Part shown: in pieces, positions 22,401 to 33,200 of the stretch | Layout: every line of letters begins with the position of its first letter | Position numbering within the stretch: position 1 is the stretch's first letter | Origin: Caecitellus pseudoparvulus | Lineage: Eukaryota > Protista > Bigyra: Bicosoecida | Direction of reading: 5' to 3' | NCBI GenBank assembly: GCA_965644315.1 | Contig: CBFFRQ010000069.1 | Location: 1,240,001-1,304,000 of the forward strand | Length of the DNA stretch: 64,000 nt | Translations under genes and position numbers: made by a program | Notes under the pieces: generated by a model | Database searches by the model: none | Told to the model about the DNA's origin: nothing | Seen by the model: only the letters and a program-made list of their open reading frames with translations

Positions 22401-23138
22401 GCGGGGTCTGGGCGGCCGCTTGTCGGCATGTGGCTCCAGGGTGTGCTGAGGGTGGCTGCTGCGTGGTGCGCCTCCCATGGCATCTGTGACGAGATCATCG
22501 TACAGACTCACCCCCAAGTGGCGAAGGTTTGAGCAGTTGGCAAGGGCATGCAGCACTTGACCTCTGGCCTGTGGTGTTTGCCACGGCACCCCACACAAGT
22601 CAATGGACAGCAAGTGCTTGCTGCTCTGCAAGAGTGGGGCAAGTGCCCGTGCCGCAGCATCTGAAAAGCCCAGGTTGTCAGAGAAAGATAGTCGAAGGAG
22701 GTGCTTCGTTGCCAAGGCGTGTGCGAAGATGTCGACATGTGCATCTGACAACTCCGCATTTGACACGCTCGCCCCTACACAGCCCACCGTGCCCGCGGCT
22801 TGCAGGAGCCGCCCAACCAGCTCAGGGGGAGCACGGCCGTTAGAGAGGTCCACAATGTCGGGAGGCAGGGGAAGACTCGATGCCTGGCCTGCGCCAGCGG
22901 CTGCCTTTGCCAGGAGAGCCTCATCGGGCACCTCATCAGCTGGAATGCTTGGCGCTGGCGTTGGAGCCGCTCGGGCAGCGCCAGCCCGCTGTGCCTCGAG
23001 CTGCTCACGCAGCTCATGAAGCTGCCTGTCACGCTGAATCACCTTCAGTTCCAGGAGCTGTTTCTCTTTGTGGACCAAGTCCTGGACCTGCTCCAACAGA
23101 GAAGTGCCAACCAAAGCACCGGAGGCCATGGCAGGCAC
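19449..23138 (-). CDS. Leucine-rich repeat (RNI-like) protein with N-terminal coiled coil
   Basis: 1229-aa ORF with LxxLxLxxN/C repeats ('LVHLDLSHCYIGPQGA', 'LHRLDISHNDISSSG', 'LAVLDVRGNPLG'). Confidence 0.8.
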   Translation of the reverse strand: MPAMASGALVGTSLLEQVQDLVHKEKQLLELKVIQRDRQLHELREQLEAQRAGAARAAPTPAPSIPADEVPDEALLAKAAAGAGQASSLPLPPDIVDLSNGRAPPELVGRLLQAAGTVGCVGASVSNAELSDAHVDIFAHALATKHLLRLSFSDNLGFSDAAARALAPLLQSSKHLLSIDLCGVPWQTPQARGQVLHALANCSNLRHLGVSLYDDLVTDAMGGAPRSSHPQHTLEPHADKRPPRPRSRGIRRTAKQPTTVQPKPTASSRSLRGKDHSGGTQDLLALVQAGRFPCLASLSLRGSRLSPQGIRRLFVPEAVQELAPPPAGSAAQHSTGTPATLAEGRAQREIERNYARLTHHAAFLGNLVHLDLSHCYIGPQGADVLAAALQAPDPHQGVCKVACGPKPTAEQARRMFWPLDSVFTARSFATDAQLPRELQGAASSTAGQDTELPAVPRLDTLPLWLSKEHARLVLLAPSLPVSVQSAVEGAATKSRRKRGRRKQPHTASASKEAQPSVETNVLIQHHGYILPALSSLESLSLRFCALSASHGGCQSLFAAAARHPRLHRLDISHNDISSSGIEFLCDELCSGNAAWGDLEGAAASAAQAVAEAAHNLATAEETATLPGLHAHSGWSASTPAVCLAGRPLAGHALGASVDNLAPYVLSGLRALLGTEQPGLAVLDVRGNPLGAGAVHSLLHCLDTLPSLVRIDGDGVEASACWRCYPADAAGQRATQQALLDGAAGAEDGNKSTTASPIATATSYSLRSPVLPDNKAFTAQLPTGRQAPAADTSIPPRPAPGLSGPVLAARLPQQSRPRPAMTLCVPASRQPCKVWRLPTNLAAFSQKLWDSWPDVVHERKGLEMEVPAFPQVLAAFCSHALTLRHPSKSRMCSIRLPRVMEAQSIADVHSEPEYCPLLVSMPGQPPHPSPGFRIPRIVALQVRTCIEWEAAFTVSGTSLPFPGILPEKGITCFWTLSMEGPHGPIVLASGSHLHSHLDADVAAAASAIHQKQALASMKAVQGSHQQAALTVNEDGSEGGALAAWQNDQGRWFALLHAPGKAVVPRVHTPGGIPPRTPGQTLVWPHRCFCADIHAVHDTLSVGTDMAKGLRLVTAGGDDAHAAVGLCLDPGSKLLSPEPLDLSPGADISLGCSVMVDEAACTAAVETAAPGLLAELSTTGRCTPFQASVQVRSMAAVVRDCTGQVLQCEAISQDSVAMTPSAATVPLVSRL

Positions 23139-23436
23139 AGAGGAGCTGCAACGGCAGCGAAACGCCGCGACGCACCAGCAACCTTCTGGGCGGCCGGATC
23201 CCCCCTTAGATGCAAATCACTGCACGACGTAACATAACACGAAAAGGGCATGGAACTTGCCGAGCAATATTTCGGAGGGCTGCGTTTTGCTCGCAGCAGC
23301 ATCGCGCCGGCGTGCACACACGTGTTGACATCAAAACTAGATGCCCGAATCCTCTCGCCAACAAGCCCTGAATAATGTCTCAATCCCCGCTAAGTAACTT
23401 CTGGCTCTCGACTGCACGCGCTGGCACGCGTTGCTC

Positions 23437-24424
23437 ATGGCAGCCAGCGAAACGCTGGCGAAACGGGACGAGCCTTGGCCAGCCCCTGAGCCGATCACAC
23501 AGAGTGGGGCTTTGGACTGTGGGCTAGCCTGTGTCACGTGCATCCTTCGCTCCCTTGCCCCTGATTGCTTTGGCAGTCATGAGCCCGAGGAACTCCTTGC
23601 AAAGCTGACTGAGGTTCGGACTGGCCTCCTCGCAAGCAGTGCCGGATGCCCACCTTAGGCGCCACTTCACCCCGCAGAAGTACAACCCTGATGACAACGG
23701 GCTATTCAGCATTGAAATGGCGGGCCCTTTGCTCGACTGTGGCTTTCAAGGCCTGCACTTCTTCTCCACACAGCTCAGTACGAGCACCCTTGCCTGGCCA
23801 GCAATCTCAACTTCGCAAGGCAGCGCCGCAATCTCGCTTTGCAGGCGTGGACACGACTTACTCAGACATGTCCTTCTATGCTGGCTTGAATCTCCAAGCT
23901 GAGAAAGAACGCATGGAGGCCTGCACAGACGCGCTGAAGCGAAAAGGCCTCCTCTGCACTGAGCAGGAGCTGACTTCTGACATTCTGGCAGAGCAGTTGG
24001 GGACAGGGCGACTCTGGTGTATTGTTCTGGTCGACCTCAGATACATGCCTTACGCGGGTTTGTTTTTATCCCTACAGCCAAGCTACATGGGCCATTTTGT
24101 CGTGGCAGTGCGTATGCTTGAGCACGCCGCACTGCCTAGGCGAAGCGACGCTCACCCCACTGCCGCAGTACGCATACGACTTCAAGACGGACACCATCAG
24201 CATTATGGACCCTTCCCAGAGTTGCAACGGTGGGTGATTTTCTCTCAACGCTGCCTCGTCCGCAAGGGTGGGTACCAGGCCGAGTTTGGTGACCCTGCGC
24301 AGGCTTGCACCAGGTGACCCCTGCCCAGCTTCAGGCTGCGCGAGACAAGCGCGGCACAGACCATGACGTGCTGTGTATCCCTCTTCCCTCGGCTGGAAGC
24401 ATTTCTACTGGGGGGTTGGCCTGA
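23437..24424 (+). CDS. GUCD1: GUCD1-like (Guanylate_cyc_2, C39/papain-like fold) protein, 5 exons
   Basis: Introns 23614-23677, 23778-23844, 24108-24168 and 24230-24302 splice into one frame. Motifs: 'Q...DCGLAC', 'IVLVD', 'YMGHFVVAYAYD...IMDP' and 'AR...GTDHDVL'. Confidence 0.8.
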
Positions 24425-24499
24425 GGGCGGAAGAGGCTGCATTAGCTTTGCCAAAGCTGCGCTCTGCCACAGGAAAGGCGCAGCGGATGCGCCGAGGAC

Positions 24500-25742
24500 T
24501 CAGTCATCCTTCTTGGAGCTGGCAGCGCCACCCACGTCAAGAGCCCTGGTGCTGCCAGAGAGAGCATTGGCGCGCTCCTCCTGCTCCTGGGCAGCCTTCT
24601 CGTTCTTCAGGCGCAGGCGCTCCTTCTTGGCTGCCTCCTCTGCTGCGGCGCGCTCCCGCTCTTCCTCCTCGGCGGCGGCCTCCGCGCGGATGAGGTACAG
24701 CTCGTACACAGCAGCGATGGCGGCAATGCTGCTCAGGACAGCTGCCACCACAGTCAGGTCAAAGCCTGCTGCGGTGGACATGTCCACCTTGGCATCGGCG
24801 AGGGCTGCCGCAGTGACGAATGACTGGGCAGTGGGGTTCAGGAAAATGGACGACATGGCGACGAAATCAGTGGCGTGAGAGTCCTCCAGGCGCGTCAGGA
24901 CAGAGGAGAAAATGGCCACGGAGGAGATGGTCAGGGAAGCTGTGGGGCGCGGCAGGAAGGCGAGCGGTAAGGACGAGATCGTGCGTGCAGGGCGGAGCTG
25001 CCGGCAGCCTCACCTCCGAGCAGGTCCAGGAAGACGGCGTAGACAGCAGCGAGCTGCAGGTCTGGCTCTGCGTCTTGCATGGACAGCACCAGGACGCTGA
25101 GGGTGCATGCGAAGGCGACTGCTGTAAAGGCCAATGACAGGTACACCAGGCGAGCGACGGTGTCCACCTGGTCAATGTCCCCGCGCGTAGAAGTGCAGCT
25201 GTTGATCGTCACAGACAGGTTGGAGTTGGCCACTGAGGCCAAGCCACCGTCACTGGTGAATGTATCGCTGCACTTGTTGGAGCCTTCATCGTAAAACTTG
25301 AAGATGTCCGGCCCTGCGGAGCAAGCAAGGTCCGCCCTGTTGGCAACCACGGGCGGGGCGCAACCCAGCCGTCCCGAACTCACACTTAATGCTCTGCACA
25401 CCTCCACCTAGTTCATACTTCTCAAGGGTCCAGGTTGACTCGGTGTTTTGCTGAAGGGGGGCGGCACAGGGACGAACGTGAGCCAGGCTTGCTCGTGGCC
25501 TCTGTCGCTCGGCGACGCAGCAAGAACGCACCCCAGCGGAGGACGCAGCGGAAATATCACCCGTAGCCCAGTCGCTTGTCAATGCCACTCCCAGCAGGAT
25601 GACTGCCACGATGTTCAGCAGGAGGGCTGCGCGGGAAGTAGCATGGCGCGGGGTGCAGCCCAGAAGCACTCCCCAACTGAAACGCCGCCATGCGGCACGC
25701 ACAAGTCAAGCGAGGTGCGTTGCGCACGAGGTTGAATGCCAT
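24500..25742 (-). CDS. Claudin/PMP22-like four-TM protein with a charged coiled-coil tail, 5 exons
   Basis: Introns 25627-25702, 25451-25531, 25314-25383 and 24940-25013 give one frame. TM1 ends in 'LTSDW', followed by a Cys-containing loop, three further TMs and an E/K/A-rich tail. Confidence 0.65.
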
Positions 25743-26222
25743 GCCGAAGGGCTAAGTGAACTGTGCCTTCCCGATCCACGCGGGTTTGGACTGGGCTGCA
25801 GCGGAAGCCGGGCGGTGTTGCCTTGGCCGTTTGGCACGCTGACGTAGCTCAACCGGCTGGTGTCGGCAGAGGAGGGTGCACTTGACGCCTGGCAAACTGA
25901 GAGGAGCGGCGAGTGGTGCGAGATGTGTTCAGGAGGGGAGAGTGTGCAGCAGGCTAGCGGTGCTGGGTCGCGTGGGTTGGGGAGTGCCATGCCGGCACTG
26001 CACCCTGCGGCCCCCCCCCACCGCGCCCGTCCAACTTGACGTGAAGGTGGCAGTGGCAGGTCAAATTCCGCAACACACCATTCTATTCCGTCCTTGCATT
26101 GCCTCCCAGTTTAGACGAAAAGGCGATAAAGCCGTCTTTCAAGCACAACAGCGCAAGGAACCTTCTTTCCTCGCTGACCGCTCTTTCACGCCGCAGGGCC
26201 ACGGCACGGCGCCCGCTCCGTC

Positions 26223-27199
26223 ATGGCATCTGCGTCGAGCTCTGGGAAATACCCCTCCACGCCACACCTCCCCTTTAGCCCCGAGGTGAAAGATGACGAC
26301 ATTCAGCTGTCATCTGCTTCAGCCTTTGTCGGCCCAGAAGTCGTCGTGACAGAAAAGGTTAGGCAGGGCCGCCGAGTATGCCACACTCCACATCACTTCC
26401 CACCACGCCAACTTTCAGCTGGACGGGGGCAACTGCTGCGTCGTGGACGGCAAGGTGTACGCACGGACACATGCCCATGAAGCCACACATTCCTCCTTCT
26501 CTGCCAGTGCGTGTCCAGCAGCTGTGCTTCTCGCTGAGGCTCCTCGAGCTCTGCACACCCAACACATGTTGCTGGTGCAGTAAAGGAGCTTGCGCAGGAG
26601 TTTCTGTACTCAGGGGTGGTCCCAGAAGGCACGAAGCTGTATGGCGAGAATATGCTGGGCATTCACAGCATTATGTACGACGGCTTGGATTCCTTCTTTT
26701 ACCTCTTTGCCGTGCAGCAACCGGATGGTGGGTGCATGGCACAATAACGCGGAGCCAGCACGAGTGGCACCCCGATCCCTCCCTTCCTCGACAACGCCCA
26801 GGCACATTCGCAGCATGGGACGATGTCGCCGCCATGGCAGAGGCCCTTGGCATTCCAACCGCTCCTCTGGTGTTCCGCGGCCAGCTCTCTTCCCTTGCTC
26901 AGCTGGAAGCTCTCATGGTACAGCAGGCTGCCTTGCCCTCTCGTGTGTCTTCCCAGCCGCCAGAGGAAGTCGCCAGTCTGGCAAAAGAGTCCACTGCTTC
27001 TGTCCCCTCGGATAGTTCGGTGCCTACTCCTGAAGGGTTTGTTGTCAGGGTTGCGGCGGCCTTTGGCGCTGATGAGTTTGGCTCTTCCATGGCGAAGTTC
27101 GTGCGGGCCGGCCATGTGCAAACTGACGCGAGGTGGCGGGACACTTGGAAAAAGGCTTCGCTACACGCCAATACTAAGCGGGTAAAGGAGTCGAAATGA
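26223..27199 (+). CDS. ATP-dependent RNA ligase (nucleotidyltransferase superfamily), 4 exons
   Basis: Introns 26358-26418, 26507-26580 and 26728-26801. The spliced protein has 'KYPSTPHLPFSP', motif I 'TEK|LDGGN', 'YAR', 'LYGEN', 'FYLFAV', 'EGFVV' and 'KFVRAGHVQTD..W'. Confidence 0.88.
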
Positions 27200-27237
27200 A
27201 TCGCGTTGTGCATTGCCACCTCACGCTGGGGCGCGAA

Positions 27238-30200
27238 TCACTTGTTGAAGGCCACTTCCCCGGCCGCCGCGCCAGAAGCAGGCCTGCTACCGGGGCGAGG
27301 TGTGCCGGCGCTGGAGTCAGGGCGAGACGCAGCTCGCGAGGCTGCATCCCGCGCCACCTCGACGCCTTCCGTAAAGGCGAGGAACCATGCGTGAAAGCGG
27401 TGCACCAGCATGAACGGCGAGGCGCGAACCAGGCGAGGCAGCTCCTCCCCATGCTCCTCCAAGAGTCCCCGCACCACGGACCGGGAGTCTTCATCGATCT
27501 GTTCCCGGGCCAGCTTCACGAAGAACTGCAAGATGTCAGGCTCCTCCAGGACCTTGCGGGTGTACTTCCAAGACGGCTTCACGCCCAGCAAGACGCAAAT
27601 GCCGCCGGCAATGATCACGCTCTCCTGCGTGACAGGGCGCTGTCGGCGGAAGGTGTTGATGTCGTGGCGTGTGAGGTCCAGCAGGCCACGCCGAGAGCGC
27701 CCCAGTGTCGTGGACAGCTTCAAGTCGTCCATGGCCTTGGCTTGCGTCCACTGCCTCAGCCGCATTTTCGCTCGCCAAGCCAAGGACCGGAACACTGCAC
27801 GGGCGGTCATGGCACAGACGCCCTCCTTGGTCGGGTCGAAGTGCTCCACAAAGCGAATAACCTTAGCGGTGCTGTTGGAAGGGTACGTTGGGACTGAGCG
27901 GTCGTGGCCGGAATCAACTGACCGCTCTCCTACGCTGCTCGCATCCCCGGCTGCCATCTTTGCTCGTGAGCGGATGCGGGCGAGTTTCCTCTCTTCAAGC
28001 CCCACGTACGAGAACTGCACGGCAGACATACGCGCAGACCGAGGGAGGGGAACATCTGAGAGGGCCATCTTGGAATCAGACAGCAGCGCGATGAGCCACC
28101 GGAGGAAGGTGCTCAGCACCCGACCGCTGCTGCGTTCGCGGCTCCTGGACAAGCCATGCAGGCGGCGGCTGCCCATGAGGGTGGCTAAAACATGCCGCAT
28201 GCGCTCTGACACGGCTCCTTGCTTGATGTTCACGAGCCCAGAGAGCAGTTCCAGCGGCTGTGCGAACAAGGCCCGGGCAGACTGCCAGGAAGGCTGGCTG
28301 CGAGTGAGGATGCAAATGGCCGACGCCACGACTGCCATGGCAGGCGAGCCAGGGTCCACCTTCTGCAACCCTGCCACCTCCTCCGCGGAGAGGCTAGCCA
28401 AAGCTTGCCTGGCTTCTTTCAGCGTAAGCACCGGCTCGTCTGGGGTGTGTGCACGTGCTGCCTGTGCCTCTTCTTCGCTGTCGTCGTCTTCCGGGTTGGA
28501 CCCTGCCGCGCTGCCAGCCTTCATGCGCAACCCTGCCCGAATGGCCTCGCCAGCGCTCTTCAGCGTCGGAGTGCTGCGCATGTTGCTGGCTGTCGCCTTG
28601 CGCTCCAGCTCCATTCGTTTGAAGTGGCGAGTGTAGTGGTCCAGGTGCTCAGGGCTCACGAACTGCCCCTGCTTCTTGAACACGTCAGAGACGTGGTCGC
28701 CCTCGGACACCTCTGCAGCAGCTGCTATGGCTGCTGCAGCAGCAGCTTCTTCTGGGTTCTCGTAGCCTAACTCCCGGTAATGCTCCACGACCTCTTGGTC
28801 AACCTTCGCGCCCAGGCCCTTTGCCAGGCTGGCCTTCTCCTTGGGGTTCCACCACGACATGAGAAGGCACCAACGGTGCAAAATCTGCAAAGCCCCCACA
28901 TCCACTCCAGCCTTCTCAAGGTCCTCCGCCGTTGCGGCGCGATTTGCCGAGCCCTTGAAGGCCTTCGCAATATCCACAGCACTGCCGCTGCCAGACAAGG
29001 CGCTTCCCCCACTGCCCAGGAATTGCACGCCTGCCTCACCATCCCCAGCTTGCGGGGCATAGGGTCGCGTCAAGTTTCCCTGCGTGCTTGGACGGCCAAG
29101 CTGTGAGGTTGACGCAGAGCCAGACATGGCTGCCTCATCCGGGATCGGAGACAAGCCCCCACGGGCCCTGGCTGCAGCCCTTCTGCTCATGATCGCCATG
29201 CTAGCTGCTGTGCGCAGGCGCCTGGCCTTCACTTCCTTCATGCCACCGTACAAGTCAGCCATGGAGGCGCCATGGGACAAAGTGCGGCCCATGGTGGCCT
29301 GCTTCACCAGCCCCTGCACGTCCACAATTGCCTTTGCGTGGGCTGGGTGCTTGCGCAGCACCCGGCGTGAGACACGGCGGCTCTTCTCCTCCAGCAGCGA
29401 CGGATGCACCATGGACAGCTTCTTCAGGAACCCACGCTTGCGGATGACTTTCTTCGCTGTGCTCCAAGACGGCTTCGGCACGTTCAGCAGCACACACAGG
29501 GAGCCTGCCACGACCACCATGTCTTGGGTCGGCTTCGGAGTCTGCACCAGCTCGGTCATCTGCTCCGCTGTGATGTTCAGAACTTGTCCCGAGATGGCAT
29601 CGATGGCCTCTTGGCTGACCTTCAAGTCGCGGAAAGAGGACACCGAGCCAGTGTCAGAGTCACTCTCGCCCATTTCGCTCACAGCAACTACTTCGATGCC
29701 TGATGGGTTGCGAGACTTGGCTGCCTCACGCCGTGCCGCTCGGGCTCGAGCGGCGGCCTGAATGGCAGCCGCAGCCCGATTCTCCACAGATGTACTTGCG
29801 TCCCACAGCGCCAAGTTCAGCGCCCATGCGCGCAGTGCGTGGGCGGATTCAGCCTGCACTTCAGACTCGTCTTGTGCCGTCTCCAGGCCCACCAACACAG
29901 CAAGGGCATCGTCTTCCCCCACTGAATCCTCCTTGCCTTGGCCGGCATGGAAGCCCTCCGCCCCCCCTTCACTGCGGCCAGGGCTCACCTTGGGAGAGGC
30001 GTACGAGGCCGTGCTGGGAACGTAGCCCTTGTGCATGCGAGGTGCGTGAGAGGTGTCCCTGCTGTCGTGCACATCCTTGGGAGCCAAACGGGCGAAGTGC
30101 GCAAAGTCGTCAGGGAAAGAACCCGTTGCGTGGCAAGCTTTGTCGTGGTCGGGAAGCAGTCGAAGCACGGCCAGGGCTCGCTGACGGCGCTCGTCCGGGA

Positions 30201-33200
30201 TTTGGTAAGGCAGTGTGGTGGTCAGCTTGTGTTGCAAGTCTCCAGACTGCAGCATGGCCTTGACCATGTCCCAGGTTGGGTTTTCCACACCCAGCAAGAC
30301 GGCAGAAGCTGCCAAGGCAACAACTGTGGGTGGCGCCAGTGGGTCCATGGCACCCACAGCAGGCAGATGCCCAGGAGGCAGCATGCCCACAGCATCACTG
30401 CTTACATCGGTGTGGTAGGGTGTGATCTTGACCTTCTCTTCCTTCCTCAGTGAAAGGCCCTCGCCAGACTCTGTGCCTTCCGCGTGCTTGACCAGCACAC
30501 GTTGCACATCCTTCCACGCTGACTCACATGCCACCTCAGCCTGCCGATGCTGGGCAGTCTGGCGCCCTTGCATGCCCCGGAAAGCGCTCTGGATGGCAAC
30601 TGCTGCCTTGCGCTCAACACGACGGCACTCCACCTGCTCTGCCGCCACGTGGCCTCTGAACACTCGTTGAATGTTTGTTGCAGCCCGGTCTTCGCGGATG
30701 TGCTGAGCCTTCCGCCGCGCAAGGTGGCCCTTCGCGACTCTGGTGAGCTGCTCAGCAGCCGCTGCTTCCTTCGCCGCCTGCTCAGCTTGCATCTGGGTGT
30801 ACTGGGTTCGTGCCTGGCGGCCACGCGCCAAGGACTGAATGCGAACGGCGGCATCTCGCTCCCTTCGCACCTGGGCTGCTTCTTTTCGCCCCTGGTGGCC
30901 ACGCCACAGCTTCTGCATAGAGGTTGTTGCGTCGTGCATCTCGGCTTGAGTGGGCATGGCTGCCACCTCCTGGCGTTCAAACCAGTCGTCCATGCTGCGG
31001 ATGTCGTGCTGGACGTTGCGGGGATCGTGCCGCTCCTCCTCGTCCAGATCTTCACGGCGTGGCGACTGCCGTGGGCGACCGCGCTTACCTTCGTGGAAGT
31101 CCACCATGCTGTACCCATCACTGCCCAATGTTCGACCTAGGGGTGCTGTGCTTCGAGGCCGCAGAGGGTCTAGTCGCCCTTGCCTGTGGCTCGCGCGGCC
31201 GTGATCTGCTGCTCGGTCCCGCCGGGAGGACTCCAAGAACTCTTGGAATGTAGCAGGGGGGGGAGCCTGGTCACGGTGCGGTGCATGGGCAAACTTTGAA
31301 GGTTGCGCTAGCTCGCGACGAGAACGGGGGTCCCCCTTTGTCGGCTCGTTGCCCATGCTGCCCTTGCTGCCCTCGCTCCATGAGGGAGCGCCAGACATGC
31401 CCCTCGCTGTGCTGCTCAAAGCATCCATACCCGACGGGTCACCTGGTGACCCAGGTGGAGAATCGTGCCGCCGCCCTGCGCCAGCTCCCTTGCTCTTGGA
31501 TGGCCCTTGTTCTCGTGTGGAGGGAGGTGCTTCGCCCCTGATGGCCGCGTTCATGGCGTCTTCTTCATCCAGCACCTCTGTAAGGTCAGCTACGTCCGGC
31601 TGCCAGGTGAGGCCCATGTTCAAGTTCAGCCCGGCATCCAAGACGTGTGATTCTGGATCAGCCATGTCATACGCTTGGTCAGGGAGGGCGACCAAAACAT
31701 CGCCATCCTCTAGTTGTCTTGGAGGAATGGGTGTCACAGGCCCGGAGTCATCGGTATCCTCCTCTTCCCGTGCCACTGCCAGGGCCCCTGCGGGCTGGTG
31801 AGCCTGTGGAATCCGGCCGGCCAAATGTCGGGTCGCAGCATCTGGCGTTACGGAGGAGGTGTCCGGGGCAATGCTGGCCAGCTGAGTGGTGTAGTGGTTG
31901 GGCGCCACCCCACACGCGCCCAGCGCCGCAGCCGTCCCCCGAGCCACCGTCGGCACCGCCGTACCCAGCTCCGTGCGCGCTGCCACAGCCCCATGCGCAT
32001 CCAGCAAGTCCACCACCACAGGCTCCGCTGCCGTCGTCGTCACCGCCACCTGATCCGTCGAGATGCCCAGGTCGTGCAGCACACCAGCTGTCAACTGGAT
32101 GTCCAACTCCGTCAAACCACCCCGCAAAGGCCGCCCCTCCTCGTCCCACTGCTGAGGCGGCAGCTCCACAGCCACCACCTCCCCTGCGATGCGCACACCC
32201 ACCGCAGTCGCGCTCGGTGCCAGTGCATGCAGGGAGTCCTTGTCCAAGCGCAAGTGCAGTGTGCCCACCACCTCGTCCTCACCAGCCCCTCCCTCGCCGC
32301 TCTGCAGCGCCTTCGCCGTTGCCTCTGTCAAGGCGGTGTACCCCACCTGCGCTCGCAGCAGGGGCTGGCACACACCCGACTCGATGCCCTCGGCCGTCAC
32401 GACAGACTTCTTGCCGTCGCCAGATGGCGTCACGGCCCCCGTGTTTCGGCGGGGTGAAGTGACGCCGGCGCCCACTTGCGTCTCGTGCATGCGGCCCCAC
32501 TGAGGCGTGCCGGATGTGCTGGCAGGGGGCTTGTCCTCAGAATCCTTGGCCTCCACTTTCGCGGCGTCAGCGGCGGGTGAGCTGCCCTCTTCGCTGGCCT
32601 GGCCCAGAAACTCTCGAAGAGCCGATGCCGCGTCGTCCGTCAACGGCAGCGCACCCGCACTCCCACCACCCTCAGGCGACTGGTGCTCCAACAACGCAGC
32701 TGCCAGGCCCTGCAGCGCCACATCGCCCATGTCGTGCAGACCCGTGTGCCCCACCTTCACGCCGTTCTCGTCACGCACCAGCACATCCATCCCCCCACGA
32801 CCCTCCTCACCCAGCACCTCGCTTAGCGGCAAGTGCACCACCACACGCCCTGCGGCATCGCCATCGCCTTGCGCGCCTGCCCAGTGACCGCTGTACTTCC
32901 CGCCGCCCGCGCCACGCACCACCACGCGCCCATCCTCACCACGAGTGCGCACTTCCACAAACGCCGGCGTGCCGCCAGTGCTGCCGGACTTGTCATCACC
33001 CAGGACGCTGAGCACAACACCAGCAGTGCCGGCCTCACCACCTGCTTCGTCGTGCTCATCCATCTCCAGCAGGATTGCAGTCAACGCAGCCTTCACAGCG
33101 GCAGGCCTGCTCCTTGCCGACTGGGCCCCGGCCTTGTCGAGGTCCTTCAGCATCCGCCCCAACAAACGCACCGCAGCCCCATCCAACACCGGCGCGTAGT

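Noticed and set aside
23437-27199. Frameshifts, stop-codon reassignment or pseudogenisation suggested by fragmented ORFs
   Set aside because: Canonical GT-AG introns resolve all the breaks, and TAA, TAG and TGA all serve as stops.
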